64,000 nt of DNA from positions 3,604-67,603 of the forward strand of contig CANOWY010000001.1 of NCBI GenBank assembly GCA_947571135.1. Direction: 5' to 3'. This document shows positions 29,179-37,791 of the stretch, piece after piece. Origin of the DNA: an uncultured Mycoplasmatota bacterium (GTDB taxonomy: Bacteria > Bacillota_I > Bacilli_A > RF39 > UBA660). The notes under the pieces were generated by a model, which was given only the letters and a program-made list of their open reading frames with translations, ran no database searches and had not been told where the DNA came from. A program made the position numbers and the translations under genes. Each line of letters opens with the position of its first letter. Position 1 is the first letter of the stretch.

Positions 29179-29187
29179 GATAAAAAA

Positions 29188-30081
29188 ATGGCTTTTCGTA
29201 CTATATATATTGAAAAAGCAGTTCGTCTAAGATTAGATTTAAATAATATTGTTGTGAATTATGAAAATGATGATTATCATATCAATATAGATGAAATAAA
29301 TTCCTTAATTATAGATGATCCACGTTGTAACATATCTCTACGATTACTATCTGCTCTATGCGAAAAAGGAATCAATGTGATATTTACAGATTCCTCTCAT
29401 ATGCCAATTGGATCTTTACAAACATTATATAATCATACTAGGGCTCCAAAAAAAATTAAATTGCAAATGTCTTGGGATAAAAATTCTCAAATTTATCTTT
29501 GGACCGAAATAGTAAAACAAAAAATAGAAAATCAAATAGATACACTAAAGAAAAAAGGAAAATTAGAAAAAGTAGATTTAATAGAAAAAATGAAAACAGA
29601 AGTTACACTTGGTGATTTAAAAAATAAAGAAGGTCTTGCAAGTAGAGTTTATTTTAAAGAACTATTTGGAGTAACTTTCAAGCGTTTTGATGAGAATATA
29701 ATAAATTACGCTATGAACTATATATATCAGATATTACGATCTAAAATTGCTCAAGAGATTGTAGCATGTGGTTATATTCCTGCTATAGGAATCTGCCATA
29801 AAAGTGAATTTAATTTATATAACTTAGCAGATGATTTTATTGAACCTTTTCGACCTATATGTGATTATTACGTTTGTGATATATTAGAAAATACAATAGA
29901 AAATTATTTGACTTCTGAAATTAAACAAAAAATAGTAAACATTCTAAACCATAATGTATGTTTTAAAAAAGCCTCTTATAAAATTCATATTGTGATTCAA
30001 TTTTATGTTCAATCATTGTTTAAATATCTTGAAACAGGAGATATTGCACATATAGAATTTCCAACACTATGGAATATGTAA
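29188..30081 (+). CDS. cas1: CRISPR-associated endonuclease Cas1, type II
   Basis: MAFRTIYI start, NKEGLASRVYF..LFG, GICHKSEFN.YNLADDFIEPFRP; alternative start 29152 falls inside the tracr terminator. Confidence 0.94.
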   Translation: MAFRTIYIEKAVRLRLDLNNIVVNYENDDYHINIDEINSLIIDDPRCNISLRLLSALCEKGINVIFTDSSHMPIGSLQTLYNHTRAPKKIKLQMSWDKNSQIYLWTEIVKQKIENQIDTLKKKGKLEKVDLIEKMKTEVTLGDLKNKEGLASRVYFKELFGVTFKRFDENIINYAMNYIYQILRSKIAQEIVACGYIPAIGICHKSEFNLYNLADDFIEPFRPICDYYVCDILENTIENYLTSEIKQKIVNILNHNVCFKKASYKIHIVIQFYVQSLFKYLETGDIAHIEFPTLWNM

Positions 30082-30440
30082 ATTTGTATCGTCAAATGCG
30101 TTTAATTTTAATTTATGATTTACCTGTTCAAGATGAAATGGAAAGAAAAGTTTACAGTCGATTCCATCGAGATATTACTAGATTAGGTTTTTATATGTTG
30201 CAATATTCAGTTTATTCAAAAGTAATACAAAATGATACATCATTAAAACAGTACTTATTTAGAGTTGAAAGAATAGTTCCAAAAAAAGGGAATATCATTG
30301 TGTTAAAAGTAACAGAAAAACAATACCAAGAGATGATATACTTACGTGGTGAAAAAAATAAATTTGATATTTTAGTTGGTGGAAAGGAATTTGTTGTTTT
30401 TGGAGGTGATCGAAATGATGAATTTAAAAATCGTGAATAA
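30069..30440 (+). CDS. cas2: CRISPR-associated endoribonuclease Cas2
   Basis: MRLILIYDLP, GFYMLQYSVYSK, VTEKQY. Confidence 0.94.
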   Translation: MEYVNLYRQMRLILIYDLPVQDEMERKVYSRFHRDITRLGFYMLQYSVYSKVIQNDTSLKQYLFRVERIVPKKGNIIVLKVTEKQYQEMIYLRGEKNKFDILVGGKEFVVFGGDRNDEFKNRE

Positions 30441-31305
30441 AGAAGAGGAATTTTTAGAGCCAATTTTAAAAGATAATTCTCTTTTTATTTTAGATAAAAA
30501 TACATTTTTTAAATTTTATTATCAATTTTATCAATGTCTTGAAAACAAAGATAAAAATATAAAGATTAATATCGGAGAAAAAATGCTTGAACCAAAAAAT
30601 ACTATATTATTTTCATTTTGTGATTATAAAGAGATTTTAGAAAATTTAAAATATAAAAAAGGAACTCTATTTTATGAATACTTGTTATCATGTTTAGGAG
30701 AACTTAACATTTTAGAAGAGGATGTAGTATTTTATGATATAGCAAATATTGCAAAGAATATAACTGAAAAAGCAAATGTAAAAGTATTTTATAATTTAGA
30801 AGAAGATATTGAAAAATTGTTATTTAGTACTGTAGATTTTACATTAGATTTTGAAGTAAAAAATATTGTAGAAGTTTTAAAAAATTTATTAAAATCTTAT
30901 ATTGAAAAGAATCAAAATAAAATTTTTATCATTTTTTACGATTCAAGTTTATTGTCTTTAAAATTTGAATATTTTGACTTTTGCTATACTTTTGATATTT
31001 CAGAACAAAAAGACCTTGATAGATATAATTTGATTTGTATGGAAGAAATAAAAAAGTTTGATATTAATTCTTTTGTAGAAAAATTGGAAAGTATTTGGCC
31101 TGTGGAATTCTATAATGAGAAAGTAATCAATTATGTTCAAAAATATTTTATTTTTAAAAAGTGTAATATTTCATTAATTGCACATGAAGAACCAGAATAT
31201 TTAACATATAAATTAATGAGTAAGATATATAATGAGGAGATCAGTATAAAATTGGATAATTGTACTATTCGCGACAATATTAAATCTTTTTTAGAACAGA
31301 TTTGA
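30415..31305 (+). CDS. csn2: Long-type Csn2, type II-A
   Basis: Lies between cas2 and the array; DYKEILENLKYKKGTLFYEYL resembles the S. thermophilus CRISPR1-type long Csn2 motif; ATG after GGAGGTGA. Confidence 0.78.
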   Translation: MMNLKIVNKEEEFLEPILKDNSLFILDKNTFFKFYYQFYQCLENKDKNIKINIGEKMLEPKNTILFSFCDYKEILENLKYKKGTLFYEYLLSCLGELNILEEDVVFYDIANIAKNITEKANVKVFYNLEEDIEKLLFSTVDFTLDFEVKNIVEVLKNLLKSYIEKNQNKIFIIFYDSSLLSLKFEYFDFCYTFDISEQKDLDRYNLICMEEIKKFDINSFVEKLESIWPVEFYNEKVINYVQKYFIFKKCNISLIAHEEPEYLTYKLMSKIYNEEISIKLDNCTIRDNIKSFLEQI

Positions 31306-31330
31306 AACCTTTATGATATAATATTTATAG
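31306..31330 (+). promoter_or_regulatory. CRISPR leader, 25 bp, with extended -10 promoter
   Basis: TG-A-TATAAT at 31314-31322; leader end ATTTATAG abuts repeat 1. Confidence 0.6.
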
Positions 31331-32290
31331 GTTTTAGGATCCTGTGTAATTTAGGAAGTTGAAAACCAATTCCCAGTTGGGTAGATGTTCTATCAAGTTT
31401 TAGGATCCTGTGTAATTTAGGAAGTTGAAAACGTGTTGATTTGATTTGCAACGTCAGTTAGTGTTTTAGGATCCTGTGTAATTTAGGAAGTTGAAAACAG
31501 ATAGAATTCGTGCTCACTCAAACGGTGTGTTTTAGGATCCTGTGTAATTTAGGAAGTTGAAAACGTTTTGTCTTCCTGTTATATTAGGAACTTTGTTTTA
31601 GGATCCTGTGTAATTTAGGAAGTTGAAAACTACTATAAAAGCACTTAAAACGGATACTCCGTTTTAGGATCCTGTGTAATTTAGGAAGTTGAAAACTACT
31701 ATAAAAGCACTTAAAACGGATACTCCGTTTTAGGATCCTGTGTAATTTAGGAAGTTGAAAACTTTTACTATAAGAAACTCCACAATCTAGCAGTTTTAGG
31801 ATCCTGTGTAATTTAGGAAGTTGAAAACATACGAAGCCGATGTAAAGGTTCAATACTTGTTTTAGGATCCTGTGTAATTTAGGAAGTTGAAAACAACTTT
31901 TAAGATTAAAACACCTTATACAAAGTTTTAGGATCCTGTGTAATTTAGGAAGTTGAAAACTTGACATACTAGTTCCATCTATCATTAAAGGTTTTAGGAT
32001 CCTGTGTAATTTAGGAAGTTGAAAACTATCCACTATGATTGTAATACATCTTATCGGTTTTAGGATCCTGTGTAATTTAGGAAGTTGAAAACCTAAGCCC
32101 TTAAATTCAAGATATTTCTCAAGTTTTAGGATCCTGTGTAATTTAGGAAGTTGAAAACTACTTTTATACAAAATCTTGCTAACTCTACGTTTTAGGATCC
32201 TGTGTAATTTAGGAAGTTGAAAACTTTTCCACATCCTGTTAGCATAAATACTGCGTTTTAGGATCCTGTGTAATTTAGGAAGTTGAAAAC
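31331..32290 (+). CRISPR. CRISPR array: 15 identical 36-bp repeats GTTTTAGGATCCTGTGTAATTTAGGAAGTTGAAAAC and 14 spacers of 30 bp
   Basis: 66-bp period read directly; spacers 5 and 6 are identical; orientation from tracrRNA complementarity and the leader promoter. Confidence 0.99.
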
Positions 32291-34273
32291 AATTTTTGAA
32301 CCTTTTTGAGGTGGTAATTTATCTGTCATAAGTTTTTGAATTTCGGCTAACTTAACGCGTTTGTCATATCCATCTTGCATTGTAGATATTTCTTTCATAT
32401 TATCCATAATAAATTGTACTTCTTCTGGTTTTAAATCGAAATCACTTTTATGCTTATCTATCCAATCTTTAGATTTATTCTTAATCATTTGATTATATGC
32501 TTCAGTAAGTTCACTTTGAGCGTACTTAACCATGCCTTCAGGAGTCATACGTTCCATAATATTAAAGGCCTGTACAGTTTGACCAGCCTTAGAACCAATA
32601 TCACGCATTTTCTTAGCAACTTCCACCATAGAATCATAATCGCCATTATCGGCATATTGTTTAAGTAAAATCCACCCTTCTGCTACATCTGTAGCATCTG
32701 CATTTACACTCTCTTTGTTAAACCATCTTGTACTTTCAACTTGACCATCCTTGTTTAATCTTTCAAATGCTTTATCTAAACTTTCTTTGTTTGTTACTTT
32801 ATCATAATATTTAACTTCATTTTCGGATAAAATTTTATTCTTTTGTTCTAAATTTAACATGTCTGTTTTTTCTAAGATATTATTCCAATATTTACTCTCA
32901 CCATCATTTACTTGATTTCTATTAACTTTTGGCAATATAGGAGTAGTATTAGCATCATTTGAATTTAAATTAGATATTTCTAATGGGTTTAATGTCTTAT
33001 TACTTTCTGTAAATTCTTTACTATATGGAGCATTTATTTTATTTTGTGCTTTAAGAGAACTTATATCTTGCATATTTGTTCTAGTTCCAGTTGCTTTATA
33101 ATTCTTTTCTAAATGTTCTTGCCAAGATGTATTATTTTGAGTTTCTTGCATAGAATGTTTAGTAGATGGCAATTTGACATTATCCTTTGATTGTGTTATA
33201 TTGTCATTAAGAAAAGGAATACTTATCGATTCAGTCGCAGTATTAACTGGTGAACTGATTTGGGTATTCCTTTTTAAGTTTGTTATGTCATATAACATTT
33301 TTTTATTGCCATTTTTAGCAACATTTATTAAACCAGTATAGGTTTTATCTCCTACTTTAAAAGTAGTTTCGTAATAATCCCAACCATCTTTAGCAAAATT
33401 ATGTATTCCATCATCCAGAGCACTATATTTATATTTTGAAACTTCTAATAAATTATCTAATTCTGTAGAGGCTTTCATTTTTGAAATCTTATCATTTTTT
33501 TGAAGGGTATTTTTTGGAAAGGTATATTCATTTGCCGTTTTTCTATTTACAACAACTACATCATTATTTGAATTTATACCAGTATTCTTAAAATTATCCA
33601 AAATATATTGTTTTGCGATTTTAGTTTGTTCGTACAAATTCTTACCTTCAAATATATCTTGGTTTGTGTCCACATTCACATATTTATTACCATTTACATC
33701 TTGTTGGATACTAAACATATTATTATTTAAATTATTACTTTGAGTTCTATATGCAGTCTCCCATTTATTCTGTAAATCTTTAATGAATAGACTTTCTTTT
33801 GAATTACCAGTTATTTTGTTGGCTAAAGATACAATAGCATTATAAATACGTTTGAATATACTTGGTTGTTCCATAGATAAATTATTAATAAATTCTTGAT
33901 TACCGAATAATTGTCCTGATATATCTGCTAATACTTCACTAGATACATCATTTGTGCCATAAGTTTGTTTTAGACTTTCTAAGGCATTATTAAACTCACT
34001 ATTTTTACTAGCATAGTCAATTACTAATTTTTTCATAGAATCAGTTTCTATTGCATGTGTAACTTCATGCATAATAAGAAATTCTCCTGCTCGTTGAGAG
34101 TTAGGGTTTATTTTTATTTCTATTTCCCCATTTTGATTGTTAATTTGAGCATTTATCATATTCCCATTTTTAGAAGTTATGTTTGTATCAAATGTAATAT
34201 TATAATTTTTATCTGATACTATTTTTTCTAAGGTATTTATAAAATCGTGTGTTTGTTGTGAATTGTTAAAGTA
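32291..34273 (-). pseudogene. Doubly truncated fragment of a phage/conjugative-element large polyvalent-type protein gene
   Basis: Frame open from 34273 with no RBS or start context; it runs into repeat 15 (..KGSKI|VFNFLNYTGS*). Contains a HEVTH zincin motif and an LPD-like segment (DGWDYYETTF...LINVAK...LYDIT). Confidence 0.7.
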
Positions 34274-34321
34274 TTAACTAGTAAATTTTTTATTGGATAA
34301 TAAATAATATAAAATAAAAAT

Positions 34322-34464
34322 AAAAAGTACCAATTTTGTTAAAATTCCTATGAATTTGGCAAATTGGTCTTTTATTATGTCAAAATCTCCAGTAAATCCC
34401 CTCTGTTTTTCTCCCGATTTAACAAATTCGTAATTTGCATTCCTTTTTTACTTGTTTTATAGTG
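34322..34464 (+). repeat. Dispersed ~142-bp hairpin/promoter element, copy 2
   Basis: Hairpin ACCAATTT..AAATTC-ctat-GAATTT..AAATTGGT plus CTTTT; ends in TTGCAT-17 bp-TATAGT (34435-34463). Confidence 0.85.
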
Positions 34465-34576
34465 GAACACACGGACACCAAGCACTTAAACTTAAGTCGT
34501 TTCGTTTAAAAGAAGTTTAAAATAGTTTGAGAGAAAAGCAAAGGATTTAGCAACGAAAGGAAAGAGTAAAATAAAC

Positions 34577-35062
34577 ATGAAAATAATAAAAAAAGAAACA
34601 TTTCTAAAAATATTTACAATAGAGGAAAATCGATTGTTATTAGACACCATGATTTTAAATTTTTTTGGCTTAGAAGCAACGAATAAAATAGAAGAAACAG
34701 AAATAGAAAAAGAAGATATCGTTCTAACTTTTATACTCATGATAAATACAGAAATAATCTTAAAAATTAATGTAAAAGATACTAAAAATTTATTCTATGC
34801 TTCTAAAATATTTTATCTTAATTTCAGTTATCAGGAGGTAGCCAAATCTCATGAACTTTTAATCCCATGTTATTGGGAAATCTATATTCCATATTGTTAT
34901 CAACACCAAAAGAACAACCGTAAACTTTTTTTAGTTGCAGCCTTACTTTATTGCGAAAATAAAAAAGAAGTAGAAAAAATATTAAAAAAACTAAACATAG
35001 AGAGTCAAAATGATATTGAAGAAATTTTAGAAATTGTAGAAAAAAATATCGAGTTTTTATAA
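34577..35062 (+). CDS. Shortened, probably inactive Rpn/PD-(D/E)XK transposase-like protein
   Basis: FLKIFTIEENRLLL..ILNFFGL and NLFYASKIFY echo Rpn-family motifs; catalytic D/E positions appear substituted. Confidence 0.5.
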   Translation: MKIIKKETFLKIFTIEENRLLLDTMILNFFGLEATNKIEETEIEKEDIVLTFILMINTEIILKINVKDTKNLFYASKIFYLNFSYQEVAKSHELLIPCYWEIYIPYCYQHQKNNRKLFLVAALLYCENKKEVEKILKKLNIESQNDIEEILEIVEKNIEFL

Positions 35063-35125
35063 AGACAAATATCTATTATTGTGTTAAAATATTTCTAGTA
35101 ACTAAAAATTGAGAAGGATGGTAGT

Positions 35126-35911
35126 ATGGCAAAAATTATTTCAATTGTAAATCAAAAAGGAGGCGTTGGAAAAACGACCACAAGTATCAATTTGGCCGCT
35201 GCTTTAGGAAATGAAGGCAAAAAAACTTTACTAATCGATTTAGATTCCCAAGGCAATGCTTCAAGTGGTTTAGGATTAAATACCAATGATTTTGAAAATG
35301 ATATTTATGATGTAATAACTGATGCTTGCACTATCAAAGAAGCCATTATAAAAACAAAGTTTAAAAACTTATCTATCATTCCGTCTACAATCAACCTTGC
35401 AGGGGTAGAAGTAGAATTTGTAAAAAAAATGTTAGAAGATAAAGAATTTAAACAAAATGAACAATTAGAACAAAAAATGGAAGAAATAAAAGATCGCTAT
35501 GATTATATTTTAATTGATTGCCAACCTTCTCTTGGCTTAACTACCATGAATGCTTTAGTTGCTAGTGATTCTGTGATTATTCCAGTTCAATGCGAATATT
35601 ATGCATTAGAAGGAATTAACCAACTTCTAAATTCTATTATTTTAGTACAATCTAAAATGAACCCAGACTTAAGAATTGAAGGTGTACTACTCACCATGTT
35701 AGATGGTAGAACAAATATAGGATTAGAAGTCATGGAAGAAGTCAGAAAATATTTTAAAAATAAAGTTTTCAATACCATAATACCAAGGCTTGTACGTTTA
35801 GTAGAAGCGCCTAGTCATGGGAAACCTGTAAATGCATATGATCCTACAAGTCGTGCAACACTTGCATATGCTAATTTAGCAAAGGAAGTGATAAGTAGAA
35901 ATGGAAACTAA
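35126..35911 (+). CDS. parA: Chromosome partitioning ATPase ParA/Soj
   Basis: NQKGGVGKTT, LIDLDSQGNA, IPVQCEYYALEG, EAPSHG. Confidence 0.97.
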   Translation: MAKIISIVNQKGGVGKTTTSINLAAALGNEGKKTLLIDLDSQGNASSGLGLNTNDFENDIYDVITDACTIKEAIIKTKFKNLSIIPSTINLAGVEVEFVKKMLEDKEFKQNEQLEQKMEEIKDRYDYILIDCQPSLGLTTMNALVASDSVIIPVQCEYYALEGINQLLNSIILVQSKMNPDLRIEGVLLTMLDGRTNIGLEVMEEVRKYFKNKVFNTIIPRLVRLVEAPSHGKPVNAYDPTSRATLAYANLAKEVISRNGN

Positions 35912-36791
35912 AAGAAAAGCACTAGGAAAGGGCTTAGAACAATTATTTTCTAACGAGGTAATTGATTTTGATAACTTTGAACAAGAGATAGTAGACTCTG
36001 CAAAATCAAATGATATTATTGAAATTACATTAGAGGAAATTAGAAGTAATCCTTACCAACCGCGAAAATCGTTTAATGAAGAAAGCATTAAAGAATTAGC
36101 AGATAGTATTAAAGAATATGGAATTGTCCAACCTATTATTGTAAAAAAAACCATAAAAGGTTATGAATTGATTGCAGGAGAACGTCGTACTAAAGCCGCA
36201 CGTGTAGCAGGATTAGAAACAATACCTGCCATTATAAAAGAATTTGATGATCAAGAAATGATGGAAATCGCTTTAGTAGAAAATATTCAAAGAGAAGACT
36301 TAAACCCAATCGACGAAGCAAAAGCGTATGAAAATATTATTCAGTTAAGTGGTATGACACAAGAAGAATTTGCCCGTCGTTTTGGAAAAAGTAGAAGTCA
36401 TGTTACCAATATGTTAGGATTATTAAAACTTCCAAATGCTACCAAAAAACTAGTTGAAGAAAATAAAATTAGTATGGGGCATGCCCGTTCTTTAAGTAAA
36501 TTAAGTAATGAATTATTAGTAAATGAACTAGCAGATAGAATTATTACTGAAAACTTAAGTGTTAGAGATTTAGAACATATTATAGCAGAAAGTGACTTAC
36601 CCAAAAATAACAAGATTACAAGAAAAGCAGAAGAAAAAAATATGCATTATTCTATATATGAAAAAGTAATGCGTGAAAAGTTAGGAACAAAAGTAAAAAT
36701 CAAAGAAAATAAAATAGAAATTCCGTTTGATAGAGAAAAAGACTTAGAAAGAATACTTGAAATTTTGGGAATAGAAATTACAGGTGATTAG
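35901..36791 (+). CDS. parB: Chromosome partitioning protein ParB/Spo0J
   Basis: ALGKGL, NPYQPRK.F, IAGERR, ALVENIQREDL, GKSRSHVTNML. Confidence 0.97.
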   Translation: METKRKALGKGLEQLFSNEVIDFDNFEQEIVDSAKSNDIIEITLEEIRSNPYQPRKSFNEESIKELADSIKEYGIVQPIIVKKTIKGYELIAGERRTKAARVAGLETIPAIIKEFDDQEMMEIALVENIQREDLNPIDEAKAYENIIQLSGMTQEEFARRFGKSRSHVTNMLGLLKLPNATKKLVEENKISMGHARSLSKLSNELLVNELADRIITENLSVRDLEHIIAESDLPKNNKITRKAEEKNMHYSIYEKVMREKLGTKVKIKENKIEIPFDREKDLERILEILGIEITGD

Positions 36792-37607
36792 ATGGAAAAT
36801 GTAAAAGGGGTGTTTTCATTTTTAGCAAAAAAAGAAGTATATGGTCTAGCCTTAATTATTTTAATAGCAATTTTAGTTTATCACTTTGGTAAAATTGGAA
36901 TTGAAAAAATTATTATTTCTGGAAAAAACGATTTCGAAAGAAAAAAAAGAAATACCATAGTAAAATTAATATCCAATATTTTTAGATATGTCATATATAT
37001 TTTACTAGGTCTCACCGCTTTAGGACTATATGGTGTAGATACAAAGGCTTTAATTGCAAGTTTAGGTGTTGCAGGAGCCGTTTTAGGACTTGCTTTACAA
37101 GACACCATAAAAGATTTCATCAGTGGGATTACCATTATTATGGACAATTTTTTTGTTGTAGGAGATATTGTAACTTGTAAGGACTTTACTGGAGAAGTTA
37201 TCGATATGGGATTAAAAACTACAAAAATAAAGAAAGTAAGTGGAGAGGTGTTCGTGATTGCAAATCGTAATATTGATGCAATTGTAAATGTTAGTCAAAA
37301 GCCGGCTAATGTAATTATAGACATTCCCACCGCTTATGAAGAAAAAACGGAACGCGTTGAAAAAACAATTATGAAAATTATAGAAGAGATAAAAAAAATA
37401 GAAGGTGTAAAAAAAGAACCACAGTATTTGGGAATTTCGGCTTTAGATGATAATTGTGTAAAATATACCATTAGTTTTACTTGTCCACAAGAACGCCAGT
37501 GGCAAATCAAAAGAGACACCTTAAAAATAATTAAAACTCTTTATGAAAAAAATAAAATAAAAATACCATATACTCAAATAGAGGTGCATCATGAACAAAA
37601 CATATAA
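36792..37607 (+). CDS. mscS: Small-conductance mechanosensitive channel family protein
   Basis: GAVLGLALQDTIKDFISG, VGDIV, GEVIDMGLKTTKI. Confidence 0.9.
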   Translation: MENVKGVFSFLAKKEVYGLALIILIAILVYHFGKIGIEKIIISGKNDFERKKRNTIVKLISNIFRYVIYILLGLTALGLYGVDTKALIASLGVAGAVLGLALQDTIKDFISGITIIMDNFFVVGDIVTCKDFTGEVIDMGLKTTKIKKVSGEVFVIANRNIDAIVNVSQKPANVIIDIPTAYEEKTERVEKTIMKIIEEIKKIEGVKKEPQYLGISALDDNCVKYTISFTCPQERQWQIKRDTLKIIKTLYEKNKIKIPYTQIEVHHEQNI

Positions 37608-37791
37608 ACTAAATGATTACGTAATAATGAAAAAACCTCATGCTTGTAAAACGAATGAGTGGAAAATTACAAGAGTGGGCGTAGATATAAAAATTAAATG
37701 TGTAAATTGCGGGCGTGAAATTATGATGGATCGCTTAGAATTTGAACGTAAAATAAAAAAAGTATTGGGTGATACAAATGAACGTAAATAA
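37591..37791 (+). CDS. DUF951 family protein
   Basis: MKKPHAC..NEW.ITRVGVDIKIKC..CGR. Confidence 0.9.
   Translation: MNKTYKLNDYVIMKKPHACKTNEWKITRVGVDIKIKCVNCGREIMMDRLEFERKIKKVLGDTNERK

Noticed and set aside
29152-29187. Longer cas1 N-terminus MLKTGIPFFDKK
   Set aside because: Overlaps the tracrRNA terminator; the family-typical start is MAFRTIY at 29188.
31584-32234. 216-aa minus-strand ORF with repeated FQLPKLHRILK
   Set aside because: Translation of the CRISPR repeats and spacers, not a gene.
31367-32254. Self-targeting of spacers 1-14 against the adjacent phage fragment or the window
   Set aside because: No match seen by eye. An exhaustive alignment was not possible, so weak matches are not excluded.
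34265-34300. Possible degenerate terminal CRISPR repeat closing a giant spacer
   Set aside because: Only about 15/36 ungapped matches to the repeat in very AT-rich DNA, which is not distinguishable from chance.
3982-34468. parS-like sequences (GTGGAACA near 3984 and 34462; TATTCCACGTGGTATG in ftsH)
   Set aside because: Half-sites or several mismatches to the 16-bp palindrome; the ftsH case is explained by conserved codons.
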